A stretch of DNA of 64,000 nucleotides from Alphaproteobacteria bacterium. Lineage in GTDB: Bacteria > Pseudomonadota > Alphaproteobacteria > SP197. The translations under genes and the position numbers were made by a program. This document shows positions 39,447 through 49,549 of this stretch, piece after piece. The notes under the pieces are model-generated. The model had not been told where the DNA came from. It worked only from the letters and a program-made list of their open reading frames with translations, and searched no databases. Each line of letters opens with the position of its first letter. Positions within the stretch are counted from its first letter, which is position 1. Location of the stretch: assembly GCA_964291415.2 (NCBI GenBank), contig OZ219918.1, forward strand, positions 992,001 to 1,056,000, in the 5' to 3' direction.

Positions 39447-42041
39447 ATGGATCTTGAGAAGTTCACGGAGAGGTCGCGGGGATTCATTCAGGCGGCCCAC
39501 AGCCTCGCCGAGGCAAGGGGCCACCAGCACATCGTACCCTGCCATCTGGCCAGGGAGCTTCTCTCCGATCGCCAGGGGCTTGCGGCGGAACTGATGCGGG
39601 CCGCCGGCGCCGACCCGGAAAGGGCGCTGGCCGACACCGACAAGGCGCTCCAGCGCCTGCCGAGAATCACCGGTAGCGGCGCGGCACATCTCTACGCATC
39701 TCCGGAGTTCCTCCAGGTCATCAAGGACGCCGGCAAGCGCGCCGCGGAAACCGGCGACAGCTTTGTCACCGCCGAACGCATGTTCGAGGTCCTGGCCAGT
39801 CCTGACAGCGACACGGGGAGAATCCTCGCCGCAGCCGGACTGACACCCGCCGCACTGGCCACGGCCATCGCCGGCATGCGCAAGGGTCGCACCGCCGACA
39901 GCCAGACGGCCGAGGATTCCTTCGAGGCTCTTCGCAAGTATGCCCGGGATCTGACGGCGGCGGCCCGGGAAGGCGACCTCGATCCGGTTATCGGCCGTGA
40001 CGAGGAGATTCGCCGAACCATGCAGGTGCTGTCCCGCCGGACCAAGAACAACCCGGTGCTGATCGGCGAGCCGGGGGTGGGAAAGACGGCCATCGTCGAG
40101 GGTCTGGCCCAGCGCATCGTCAACCACGATGTACCGGAATCCCTTGCCAACCGGACCGTGATTGCCCTCGACCTGGGGTCGATGGTCGCCGGATCGAAGT
40201 TCCGGGGAGAGTTCGAGGAGCGCATGAAGGCGGTTCTCCGGGAGATCGAGGATTCGTCGGGTGACATCATCTGTTTCATCGACGAGCTTCACACCCTCGT
40301 CGGCGCCGGAGCGGCGGATGGCGCGATGGATGCCTCCAACCTGCTGAAGCCTCTCCTGGCGCGCGGCAAGCTCCACTGCGTCGGCGCCACGACTCTCGAC
40401 GAGTACCGCAAGCACATCGAGAAGGACGCGGCGCTCGCGCGCCGTTTTCAGCCGGTCCTGATCGATGAACCGGGGGTCGAGGCCACGGTCTCCATCCTTC
40501 GCGGTCTCAAGGAAAAGTACGAACTGCACCACGGCGTCAGAATCAGCGACGGTGCGACGGTCGCTGCGGCGCGGCTCTCCAGCCGCTACATCACGGACCG
40601 CTTTCTGCCTGACAAGGCCATTGACCTCATCGACGAAGCAGCCAGCAGGCTGAGGATGGAGATCGACTCCAGGCCCGAGGAGATCGACGAGCTCGAGCGC
40701 CGCATCATCCAGCTCAAGATCGAACGCGAGGCTCTTGGACGGGAGGATGACCGGGTATCGCGTGAGCGCCTCGAACGCCTCGAGCGGGAGCTCGCCGATC
40801 TGGAAGGCCGCGCCTTTGCGCTCAACGCCGAGTGGATGAAGGAGCGGGACCGTCTCGAGGAGATGCGCCATCTCAAGGAAGGCCTCGACGAGGCCCGCCT
40901 GGAACTCGAACAGGTGCAGCGCCAGGGTGATCTCGCCCGTGCCGGCGAGGTTGCCTACAGCGTGATACCCGACCTCGAGCGCCGCCTTGCGGCCATCGGG
41001 GAAGCGGAGAGCGACCAGATGCCCGGCGAGGAGGTCACGGAGGAAGCCATCGCGTCGGTGGTGTCGAAGTGGACCGGTATACCCGTGGAGCGTATGCTCG
41101 AAGGCGAGCGCGAACGGCTGGTCGACATGGAGCGCTCGCTTTCGGCCCGCGTGGTCGGCCAGGACGAGGCGCTCGGCGTCGTCGCCAACGCCGTGCGGCG
41201 ATCGCGCGCCGGACTGCAGGATCCCTCGCGGCCGATCGGCAGCTTCATGTTTCTTGGTCCCACTGGAGTGGGCAAGACGGAACTCGTCAAGGCCCTTGCC
41301 GAGTTCCTGTTCGATGATGAATCCGCGATGGTGCGCATCGACATGTCCGAATACATGGAGAAGCACGCCGTCGCGAGGCTGATCGGGGCGCCCCCGGGCT
41401 ATGTCGGGTACGAGGAGGGCGGCGTCCTGACCGAGGCGGTACGCCGCCGTCCCTACCGCGTGGTGCTCTTCGACGAGATCGAGAAGGCGCACGCGGATGT
41501 CTTCAACATCCTCCTGCAGGTTCTCGACGACGGCCGCCTGACGGATGGTCACGGTCGTACAGTTGATTTCAGGAACACGGTGATCGTCATGACGTCCAAC
41601 ACCGGAGCCGGCTACCTTGCGGACATCTCGGGCGACGGAGACGACGAAAGGGCGAGGGACCTGGTGATGGCGGAACTCCGGACGCAATTCCGGCCGGAAT
41701 TCCTCAACCGGCCGGACGAGATCATCTTCTTTCGCCGGCTTGGCCGCGAGCAGATGTCCGCCATCGTCGACATCCAGCTTCGCCGCGTCGGCGCGTTGCT
41801 CGCGGACCGCACCATCACCATCGATGTCGATGAGGGGGCGCGTGAATGGCTTGCCGGGGCAGGGTACGACCCGGTCAACGGCGCCCGCCCGCTCAAGCGG
41901 GTGTTGCAGCGCGCCCTGCAGGATCCTCTCGCGTCCCTGATTCTCAAGGGCGACGTCGCCGACGGTTCGGTCGTCAGGGTGACTGCCGATGCCTCGGGCC
42001 TGGTGATCGAGCCCGGTGCCGCTCTCTTCGAGGCGGCCTGA
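39447..42041 (+). CDS. clpB: ATP-dependent chaperone ClpB
   Basis: Two AAA modules ([16 protein letters not shown]), coiled-coil middle domain, GARPLKR. Confidence 0.98.
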   Translation: MDLEKFTERSRGFIQAAHSLAEARGHQHIVPCHLARELLSDRQGLAAELMRAAGADPERALADTDKALQRLPRITGSGAAHLYASPEFLQVIKDAGKRAAETGDSFVTAERMFEVLASPDSDTGRILAAAGLTPAALATAIAGMRKGRTADSQTAEDSFEALRKYARDLTAAAREGDLDPVIGRDEEIRRTMQVLSRRTKNNPVLIGEPGVGKTAIVEGLAQRIVNHDVPESLANRTVIALDLGSMVAGSKFRGEFEERMKAVLREIEDSSGDIICFIDELHTLVGAGAADGAMDASNLLKPLLARGKLHCVGATTLDEYRKHIEKDAALARRFQPVLIDEPGVEATVSILRGLKEKYELHHGVRISDGATVAAARLSSRYITDRFLPDKAIDLIDEAASRLRMEIDSRPEEIDELERRIIQLKIEREALGREDDRVSRERLERLERELADLEGRAFALNAEWMKERDRLEEMRHLKEGLDEARLELEQVQRQGDLARAGEVAYSVIPDLERRLAAIGEAESDQMPGEEVTEEAIASVVSKWTGIPVERMLEGERERLVDMERSLSARVVGQDEALGVVANAVRRSRAGLQDPSRPIGSFMFLGPTGVGKTELVKALAEFLFDDESAMVRIDMSEYMEKHAVARLIGAPPGYVGYEEGGVLTEAVRRRPYRVVLFDEIEKAHADVFNILLQVLDDGRLTDGHGRTVDFRNTVIVMTSNTGAGYLADISGDGDDERARDLVMAELRTQFRPEFLNRPDEIIFFRRLGREQMSAIVDIQLRRVGALLADRTITIDVDEGAREWLAGAGYDPVNGARPLKRVLQRALQDPLASLILKGDVADGSVVRVTADASGLVIEPGAALFEAA

Positions 42042-42218
42042 ACTCCCGCCGGACGGCCTTGACACGCCCGGTGAGACAGGGAGACGCCGGTCTCCCGAGC
42101 GGGCGCGCGGCGACCAGGACAAGGGGCGTCTTCGACGGCAAGGATCCGGCGATCATGGAGCTGAATCCACACACCCGGGGTCGCACTCGGTTGCCGACCC
42201 CGGCATTCGTGCTCGCGC

Positions 42219-43145
42219 TCACGACCCGATGTCTCTCCCCAGACGTTGCGCAAGGGCAGCGATATGGTGCTGGCTCATGCCGCAGCAGCCGCCGATCGCG
42301 GTGACGCCGCGATCGAGATAGGTGGCGGCCTCACGGGCAAACGCATCCGGTTCGATCTCGTCGTCGAACTGCCAGTTGGGCATTCTGAAACTGCCGGAAT
42401 GAGGATAGGCAAAGAGGGGTCCCGACCAGGCCTCCTTCAACAGATCGAGGCCGGGAGGGGTGTCGGACATCTCGCTGTGCATGATGCCGGCGGCATGGGC
42501 ATCCCCTGCGCCCAGACAGTCATCACGAATTGTCTCGAATGCAATGTCGCCACGTTCGTTGAGACCGACGATCCGGCCGTTCGCGGTCCGCACGCTGAAG
42601 CCGACCCACACGGGAAGTCCCGTGTCCGTCGCGGCGCGGACGGCCAGCGGCGACACGGTGGTATCGAGCATCATTTCCGTGATCAGGAGATCGCAGCCGG
42701 CCGCGGCGAGGGTTTCGGCCTGCAGCGCATAGCTCCGTGCGGCCTCGTCCATTGACGGCCAGCCGCCGGCGCCGAGGCCGGCAAAAAAGCTCGACAGCGA
42801 GCCGGCGATCCAGATCCGGCGGTCCGGCGCCGCCTGCGCGACGGCCTCGCGCACGAGCTCGCAGGCAAGGCGGTTGAGATCAAGCGCCTCGGACTGGGAA
42901 AAGCCGGCATGGCAGAGGACGTGGGGAGCGGCAGCATAGGTGTTGGCAATCAGGATATCCGCGCCGGCATCGATGAAGTCCCGGTGGATGGTGCGGATCA
43001 TGTCCGGGTGATTCTTCAGGGCGGACCCGGCCCACGACTGGGCGTCCATCGGCACGCCCCGGCGTTCGAGTTCGGTGCCCATGCCGCCGTCGATGACAAG
43101 GATGTCGCCGGCCTCCATGCGGTCCTGGACGGTTCCCATGGTCAT
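42219..43145 (-). CDS. Homocysteine S-methyltransferase family protein
   Basis: IDGGMGTELERRG, H.DFI.AGADI..ANTY, IAGSL, IGGCCG. Confidence 0.88.
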   Translation of the reverse strand: MTMGTVQDRMEAGDILVIDGGMGTELERRGVPMDAQSWAGSALKNHPDMIRTIHRDFIDAGADILIANTYAAAPHVLCHAGFSQSEALDLNRLACELVREAVAQAAPDRRIWIAGSLSSFFAGLGAGGWPSMDEAARSYALQAETLAAAGCDLLITEMMLDTTVSPLAVRAATDTGLPVWVGFSVRTANGRIVGLNERGDIAFETIRDDCLGAGDAHAAGIMHSEMSDTPPGLDLLKEAWSGPLFAYPHSGSFRMPNWQFDDEIEPDAFAREAATYLDRGVTAIGGCCGMSQHHIAALAQRLGRDIGS

Positions 43146-43246
43146 CCCTCCCGAAGCGTCTCCATGGAAGGGTACAGTGCTTCACCGCCCCTTCAAGCGG
43201 CGGTCTCCCTTCAGCCCTCGATGGGCCCCCCGGCACCCGGGCCGCG

Positions 43247-44056
43247 TCAGGGCGTCATGACGACCTCGTGGAGATAACTGGCGATTCCCCGCTCCGGATC
43301 CCACTGGGGCGGATTGCCGAGGGAGACCTCCTGGAACGGAACGCCGTCGAGCCACGTGGTGGTGCGCAGGTGCAGGTGACCGTAGATCACGGCGCGGGCG
43401 TTGTAGCGGAGGTGCCATCCCCTCGTTTTGCGTGTGCCGCACCACGGGCTGAAACGCGGAATGCTTGGCAGGTGGGCGTGCCGCTCTTCCAGGGGGAAGT
43501 GGTTGACGAGGACAGTCGGCTGTCCGGCGGGCAGGGACTCAAGCCTGCGCGCGGCTCGGGCGCACAGGTGAGTGCACCATGAAGCACGGTCGGCAAAGGG
43601 ATCGGGAAAGAGATAGAATTCGTCGGCACATCCGATACCGTCCTCGCGCGCCCAGGCGATCACCTCATCGTCGGCCACGGCGTCCGGTCGGAAGCTGTAG
43701 TCGTAGAGAAGGAAGAGCGGCGCGATGACGGTGTCCTCGCCGGTTCCGGAGTAGACTGGCCAGGGATCCTCCGGCGTAATGATGCCGTGCGTTCGGGCAA
43801 TGGCCACCAACCTGTCATAGAGCGCCTCGCCGCGCGGGCCGTCCTTTCTGGACCACAGTTCGTGGTTGCCCGGAACCCAGACAACCGTCGCGAATCTCTG
43901 TTTCAGGATCCGGAAGCACCACTCGAGGTAGAGCGAGCCGTTGGTCACATCACCGGCCACGATGAGCCAGTCGTCCGGCCTTTCGGGAAGCTCCTCGAGG
44001 GCGTTCCGGTTGACCGGATGCGTGAGGTGGAGGTCGGAAATGGCCCAGAGTGTCAC
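43247..44056 (-). CDS. Calcineurin-like metallophosphoesterase, PptH (Rv2795c)-like
   Basis: LWAISDLH, DWLIVAGDV, WVPGNHELW, LYDYSF, VNHFPL, WCGT, YGHLH, EVSLG; GTG start overlaps the GFA stop. Confidence 0.88.
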   Translation of the reverse strand: MTLWAISDLHLTHPVNRNALEELPERPDDWLIVAGDVTNGSLYLEWCFRILKQRFATVVWVPGNHELWSRKDGPRGEALYDRLVAIARTHGIITPEDPWPVYSGTGEDTVIAPLFLLYDYSFRPDAVADDEVIAWAREDGIGCADEFYLFPDPFADRASWCTHLCARAARRLESLPAGQPTVLVNHFPLEERHAHLPSIPRFSPWCGTRKTRGWHLRYNARAVIYGHLHLRTTTWLDGVPFQEVSLGNPPQWDPERGIASYLHEVVMTP

Positions 44057-44535
44057 GATTCGGCGGACCGCGCGGCCTGGTAGCGTCCCATGACCTCCGC
44101 CGGCCACGTCACCCGCGGATCGTAGAAGCCTTCGAAAACCGGCGCGCCGTCGGCGAGGTGCACCCAGGGGCGGCGGGTCGAGGTGTAGATGTGAACGTCC
44201 GGCGCCATCACGCGCTGGTCGTCGAGCGTGCCGACCCGCACGAAGGCGATTGCCGTGCCCGATGCGCCGTAGTGGCTCCACACGGCTATCCGGCACTGCG
44301 GACATCGCACGATCTTCTGGCCCCTGCCGCTTGCGCTCGGCGTGTCGACCGTCTCGGGCGAGCCGCTCAGAGTTTCGATGAGGCTGCTTTCGATCATGGC
44401 GTTGAGCGCGAACGCCGATCCGGTCTCGCGCTGGCACCACGTGCAGTGGCAACAGTGAACAAAGAGCGGCGGGCCGTTGACCCGGTATCTGACGACGCCG
44501 CAACCGCAACCGCCTTCAACAGGTGACGATGTCAT
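44053..44535 (-). CDS. GFA/CENP-V family Zn-binding protein
   Basis: GGCGCG.VRY, CHC..CQR.TG, RCPQC, VGTLD, P.VHIY. Confidence 0.92.
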   Translation of the reverse strand: MTSSPVEGGCGCGVVRYRVNGPPLFVHCCHCTWCQRETGSAFALNAMIESSLIETLSGSPETVDTPSASGRGQKIVRCPQCRIAVWSHYGASGTAIAFVRVGTLDDQRVMAPDVHIYTSTRRPWVHLADGAPVFEGFYDPRVTWPAEVMGRYQAARSAES

Positions 44536-44676
44536 GATCCCTCCCTCGTCCGTCCGCAAGCATTGTTGCGATCACGCCCCATGTCTCAAGTGGTTCGCTC
44601 CCCAGTGGACGGTTCCGAAGCTCTTCGCCTATAAGTCAGCCGACAGACCTCATCTTCAGGAACCGGGAACTCTTTC

Positions 44677-45096
44677 ATGACGGAGCGCACACTCTCGATC
44701 ATCAAGCCCGACGCCACCCGTCGCAACCTCACGGGCAGGATCAATGCCATGCTCGAAGAGGCCGGACTGCGGATCGTCGCCCAGAAGCGCACCCGGCTCA
44801 CCGTCGACGAGGCCAGGGCCTTCTACGCCGTGCACAGGGAGCGCCCGTTCTATGAATCCCTTGTCGCATTCATGACGTCCGGCCCGGTGGTCGTGCAGGT
44901 TCTTGAAGGCCGTGACGCCGTCGCCCGCAATCGCGAGGTCATGGGGGCCACCAACCCCGTCGAGGCCGCCGACGGCACCATCCGCAAGGTGTTCGCTGAA
45001 TCCCTGGAGGCCAATTCGGTTCATGGTTCCGATTCGCCGGACAATGCGGCAATCGAGATTGCCTTCTTTTTTTCGGCGCGTGACATCATCGGCTGA
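44677..45096 (+). CDS. ndk: Nucleoside diphosphate kinase
   Basis: [32 protein letters not shown]. Confidence 0.98.
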   Translation: MTERTLSIIKPDATRRNLTGRINAMLEEAGLRIVAQKRTRLTVDEARAFYAVHRERPFYESLVAFMTSGPVVVQVLEGRDAVARNREVMGATNPVEAADGTIRKVFAESLEANSVHGSDSPDNAAIEIAFFFSARDIIG

Positions 45097-45104
45097 AGTC
45101 CGCC

Positions 45105-45749
45105 TCACGGCGCCGGGTTGACCAGCATGTCGTCTGCCCGGACCGGAGCGTCGACGACAACGCGCTCCCCGACGACCCTGACACGGCCCTCCAGCACGAG
45201 GTTGAGGGCCATGGGATAGATCCTGTGCTCAGCGACGAGAACGCGGTCCGCGAGACTCTCTTCGTCGTCTCCGGGAAGGACCGGGACGGCGGCCTGGGCG
45301 ATGATGGGGCCGGCATCGAGTGCCGGGCGAACGAAGTGCACCGTGCAGCCGGTGATCATGACGCCGCTTTCCAGCACGCGGCGATGACAGGCGGTTCCGG
45401 GAAAGGCGGGGAGCAGGGAAGGGTGAATGTTGACGAGGCGGTCGCGCCAGGCCTCCGCAAATGCGGGTGTCAGGATCCGCATGAATCCGGCAAGGCAGAT
45501 CAGGCCGCACCCTGCCTGGTTCGCCACGTGGTCGAGTTCGGCGTCGAAGGCTTCCCTGCTCGCGTAGCCGGCCGCATCGACGACGCAGTGGGGAAGACCG
45601 GCTTCCTGCGCCTTCTCGAGGCCCGGAGCTCCGGGCCTGCTGGACACGACGACCCCGATGTCTCCGGCAAGCTCACCCCTGGTCCGGGCATCGATCAATG
45701 CCTGCAGATTCGAGCCGCGTCCTGAGATGAAGACGGCCAGCCTCGTCAT
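45105..45749 (-). CDS. purN: Phosphoribosylglycinamide formyltransferase
   Basis: ISGRGSNLQA, LAGFMRIL, NIHPSLLP, GCTVH, DAGPII. Confidence 0.97.
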   Translation of the reverse strand: MTRLAVFISGRGSNLQALIDARTRGELAGDIGVVVSSRPGAPGLEKAQEAGLPHCVVDAAGYASREAFDAELDHVANQAGCGLICLAGFMRILTPAFAEAWRDRLVNIHPSLLPAFPGTACHRRVLESGVMITGCTVHFVRPALDAGPIIAQAAVPVLPGDDEESLADRVLVAEHRIYPMALNLVLEGRVRVVGERVVVDAPVRADDMLVNPAP

Positions 45750-46810
45750 GCCAGCCAGTCGTCGGGAACATCAAGGAGGACATGCGGTTCGCCGTCAGTC
45801 GATTCGAGGGCGCCGACAACCGACACGGTCTCGCCATGGTCTTCCAGGGTGCGCTGGACATGCCCCGTGCCATCCCGTGCCACCACCAGCACCATGCCGA
45901 TTCCGCAGTTGAACGTGCGCAGCATCTCGCCGGTCTCGACGGTATCCCGGGCCAGCCAGGAGAACACCGGATCCATCGGCCAGCTGCCGGCCTGAAGGCG
46001 CGCAGCAAGACCGTCGGGGAGAATCCGGGGAATGTTCTCGATGAGGCCGCCCCCGGTAATGTGGGCAACGCCCTTCACATGGCCTGTGGAGATGGCTGCA
46101 AGGACGGTCTTGACGTAAATGCGGGTGGGCCGCATCAGCACGTCGGCCAGGCACTGGTCAGCGGCAAAGGGGGCACGCGCCTCAAGCGGGACCGCACGTT
46201 CGTCAAGAATGCGGCGGACGAGCGAGAATCCGTTGGAGTGGATACCGTCCGCAGCGAGAGCCAGAAGGGTGTCGCCGGCTTCCATGGTGTCCGCGGGGAG
46301 CAGGGCGCCGCGTTCCGCGGCGCCAACGCAGAATCCGGCGAGATCGTAGTCCCCGGCAGCGTAGATGCCGGGCATCTCGGCGGTTTCCCCTCCGATGAGG
46401 GCGCACCCCGCCATCCGACAGCCAGCGGCTACGCCGGCAATGACATCGGCGCCGATCTCCGCATCGAGTTCGCCCATGGCAAGGTAATCGAGAAAGAACA
46501 GCGGCTCCGCGCCCTGGGCCAGAACGTCGTTGACGCACATGGCGACCAGGTCGATGCCAATGGTGTCGTGAATGCCCGTCTCCACCGCAAGGCGCACCTT
46601 GGTGCCGACACCGTCCGTGGCCGAGACCAGGACCGGGTCGCGGTAACCCGCCGCCCGCGGATCGAAGAGTCCGCCGAAACCGCCGAGCCTGGCATCGGCG
46701 CCGGGGCGCCTCGTGGAAGCGGCAAGGGGTGTCGCAGCATCGACAATCTGGCGTCCGGCATCGAGATTGACGCCAGCATCCCCGTAGGTGAGACCCGTCA
46801 TTCCGGTCAT
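45746..46810 (-). CDS. purM: AIR synthetase
   Basis: TYGDAGV, GGFGG, TDGVGTK, GGETAEMP, HSNGFS, HITGGG, RTFNCG. Confidence 0.97.
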   Translation of the reverse strand: MTGMTGLTYGDAGVNLDAGRQIVDAATPLAASTRRPGADARLGGFGGLFDPRAAGYRDPVLVSATDGVGTKVRLAVETGIHDTIGIDLVAMCVNDVLAQGAEPLFFLDYLAMGELDAEIGADVIAGVAAGCRMAGCALIGGETAEMPGIYAAGDYDLAGFCVGAAERGALLPADTMEAGDTLLALAADGIHSNGFSLVRRILDERAVPLEARAPFAADQCLADVLMRPTRIYVKTVLAAISTGHVKGVAHITGGGLIENIPRILPDGLAARLQAGSWPMDPVFSWLARDTVETGEMLRTFNCGIGMVLVVARDGTGHVQRTLEDHGETVSVVGALESTDGEPHVLLDVPDDWLA

Positions 46811-46957
46811 TTCCCCGCACATGGCCTCGCCGGGCAGTGCCACGACATTCGGCACCGGCGAGGCCGCCTTGCCGGTCTCGCACCCCACCCCCGGCACTGG
46901 TAGGATGGGCGCACATTACGTCATGATCGCATCATTGCAACGAGGGGCCGGCAAACC

Positions 46958-48019
46958 ATGCCTTTGAAGATGTGGAGGCTTGGCCTTGCCATGTGTGCCG
47001 TGCTCGTTGCCACACCGCTGCCGTCGGCTGACGCGGAGGTCTTCACGGTCTCCGGTGTTGCCGTTGACGAAACGGCAGAAGACACCCGTCTGGCCCGCAT
47101 GAACGCTTTGCGCACGGCTCTCCACATCGCCTGGCGTGACCTCGCGAAGCGTCTGGTTCGAGGCGACCCCGGCACCGTCCTCGACCAGGAGGCCGCTACG
47201 CTCGACGCTCTCGTGCAGGGACTCGAGTTCGATGACGAGAGGATGTCGGCCGGACGCTACCAGGCGGTCATCAGCGTCCGCTTCCGGGCGGAGGCGGTGC
47301 TGGAGATTCTTGGCGAGTCCGGTGTCAGCCACCTGGAAACGCCGGGACCGGTCCTCGTGGTGCTGCCGGTCCTGCAGTCCGGTCCGCAACTTGTCCTTTG
47401 GGAGGCTTCGAACGTCTGGCTTTCCGCCTGGCAGCGATCCAACGGAGGAAACAGCGCTGTCGAACTCATCGTGCCCGGCGGAGACCTTCGGGACATCAGT
47501 CTCATTGATGCCGCCGATGCACTCTCGCAGAACTGGGATCAGCTGGCACGGCTGGTGGCGCTCCATCGCGCCGACGGTGTTCTCATCGCTCATGCACGCA
47601 AGAGCGACGGCACACTTCGTCCACGCCTTACCTGGCTTGACGACGACGGAGCAAGCCCTGTCCTCCTGGCGCGCAACGTACCGCAGGCGTGGCCGATGGA
47701 CGCTCTCGGACGCGCGGTGGAGGCGAGCCGTACCGGTGTCGACGAGCACTGGGCAGCAATGGCGCTGGCACCCGCCGGACCAACCGTCTCCGTCTTCGCC
47801 GACATTCCCGTGACAAGCCTCGCGGAGTGGATCGATATCCGTGATCGCCTCGAAAGCTCCCCGGCCCTGCAGGCCGTCGTCCCGCTTCTGGTCTCGACCA
47901 CGAGAATACGCGCGAGGCTGCTCTACACCGGTACCCGCGAGGACCTTCTTTTCCGCATGCGCCGCGCCGGTCTCGATGTCGACGGCCAGACGGGCTTCCT
48001 CACGATCAGGGCGCGGTGA
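46958..48019 (+). CDS. DUF2066-like periplasmic protein
   Basis: Signal peptide and FTVSGVAVD.TA...AR..A; divergent from purM and upstream of hda, the typical context. Confidence 0.7.
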   Translation: MPLKMWRLGLAMCAVLVATPLPSADAEVFTVSGVAVDETAEDTRLARMNALRTALHIAWRDLAKRLVRGDPGTVLDQEAATLDALVQGLEFDDERMSAGRYQAVISVRFRAEAVLEILGESGVSHLETPGPVLVVLPVLQSGPQLVLWEASNVWLSAWQRSNGGNSAVELIVPGGDLRDISLIDAADALSQNWDQLARLVALHRADGVLIAHARKSDGTLRPRLTWLDDDGASPVLLARNVPQAWPMDALGRAVEASRTGVDEHWAAMALAPAGPTVSVFADIPVTSLAEWIDIRDRLESSPALQAVVPLLVSTTRIRARLLYTGTREDLLFRMRRAGLDVDGQTGFLTIRAR

Positions 48020-48699
48020 ACCAGTACGTCTTCGAATACGATGACCAGCCGGCCTTCGACGAGTCGGAGTTCCTCGTCGCCGACAGCAACGCTGATGCCA
48101 GGGCCTGGATCGATCGGTGGCCGGACTGGGACGGCCGGGGTCTCGCCATCTGGGGCCCGCAAGGGTCGGGCAAGACGCACCTTGCGGACATCTGGCGCCA
48201 GAGGAGCGGTGCCCGGCTGGTGAACGCTGCAGACATTGGTCCCGACTTCTTCGACTCCTGGCAAGGTGGCAATCTGGTCCTGGACGATCGGGTAGACGGA
48301 GTCGGCGAATCCGGTCTGCTGCATGTCATCAATCTCGTGAGAGAGGAAGGCGGTTACCTGCTCATCACGGATACGGCGCCTCCTGCCCGCTGGCAGGTCT
48401 CGCTGCCCGATCTTCGTTCGCGGCTCGCGGCGTTACCGGCCGTGGCGATCGGCCGTCCGGAGGACGACCTGATTGCTGCCGTGCTGGCAAAGCAGTTCCG
48501 CGATCGCCAGATCAAGGTCGGTGACGGGGTCATTTCATACCTCGTGTCGCGCATGGAACGGTCTTTTGGCGCCATCGGCACCATCGTCGCGACCCTCGAC
48601 CTGCTGTCGCTCGTCGAAAAGCGGCCGATCACCGTGCCCCGGGCAAGGCGTGCCCTCGAGGCTGCATTTCTGGAACCTTCACCCGATGGGGAGACATGA
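48016..48699 (+). CDS. hda: DnaA regulatory inactivator Hda (HdaA)
   Basis: Q..F clamp-binding-like N-terminus, F.V...N..A, GP.GSGKTHL, LPDLRSRL, RMERS. Confidence 0.9.
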   Translation: MNQYVFEYDDQPAFDESEFLVADSNADARAWIDRWPDWDGRGLAIWGPQGSGKTHLADIWRQRSGARLVNAADIGPDFFDSWQGGNLVLDDRVDGVGESGLLHVINLVREEGGYLLITDTAPPARWQVSLPDLRSRLAALPAVAIGRPEDDLIAAVLAKQFRDRQIKVGDGVISYLVSRMERSFGAIGTIVATLDLLSLVEKRPITVPRARRALEAAFLEPSPDGET

Positions 48700-49481
48700 C
48701 GATGAAGACAGGACTGGCAGGCCGCAAGGCCATCGTGTGTGCATCGAGCAAGGGCCTGGGGCGGGCCTGTGCCGAGGCGTTGGCGGCTGAAGGCTGCGAC
48801 GTGCTGATCAACGGCCGTACGGTGGAGACGGTCACCGAGACGGCAGCGGCGATCAGGAGGGCCTTTCCGGCGGTCGAGGTGAGGGAAGTCCCCGGTGATG
48901 TCACCCGGAGCGACGTCCAGGAAGCCCTGGTCCATGCCTGGGATGCTCCCGACATTCTCGTCAACAACGCCGGTGGACCGCCGCCCGGCGATTTTCGCGA
49001 GTGGGCGAGGGATGACTGGATGCGGGCGCTCGATGCCAACATGCTGACCGCAATCATGCTGATCAAGTCGACGGTGGACGGCATGATGGAGCGGGGATTC
49101 GGACGCATCGTCAACATCACGTCGGCGGCGGTGAAGTCGCCCATTGAAACCCTCGGTCTCTCCAATGGCGCGCGCGCCGGACTGACAGGCTTCTGCGCCG
49201 GCCTCGCCCGCCAGACCGTGGCCCGCAACGTGACCATCAACGGTCTGCTCCCGGGCCCCTTTGCCACCGACCGGTTGCGCCAGACCATGACCGGGCGCGC
49301 GGCGTCTGGAGAGAGTCTGGAAGAGGCCATGGCGCGTGAAGCCCGCGACAATCCGGCCGGACGTTTTGGCGATCCCGATGAATTCGGGGCGGCCTGCGTG
49401 TTCCTGTGCAGCGCACAGGCCGGATTCATCACCGGCCAGAATCTGGTGCTCGACGGCGGCGCCTTCAGGGGCACGCTGTAG
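48696..49481 (+). CDS. Short-chain dehydrogenase/reductase
   Basis: ASSKGLG, VNNAGGPPPG, GRIVNITS, PAGRFG.P.E, DGG. Confidence 0.92.
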   Translation: MTMKTGLAGRKAIVCASSKGLGRACAEALAAEGCDVLINGRTVETVTETAAAIRRAFPAVEVREVPGDVTRSDVQEALVHAWDAPDILVNNAGGPPPGDFREWARDDWMRALDANMLTAIMLIKSTVDGMMERGFGRIVNITSAAVKSPIETLGLSNGARAGLTGFCAGLARQTVARNVTINGLLPGPFATDRLRQTMTGRAASGESLEEAMAREARDNPAGRFGDPDEFGAACVFLCSAQAGFITGQNLVLDGGAFRGTL

Positions 49482-49549
49482 GCGCCCGGTCCTCGTCAAC
49501 ACGTGCGCTTCTCGAGATCCCGCCGGCCACGCTTGTGGCATGTGGTGAA

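Noticed and set aside
43247-44509. 420-aa ORF suggesting a GFA-phosphoesterase fusion
   Set aside because: The upstream part is an alternate frame of the GFA gene; the GTGA overlap at 44053-44056 marks two separate coupled genes
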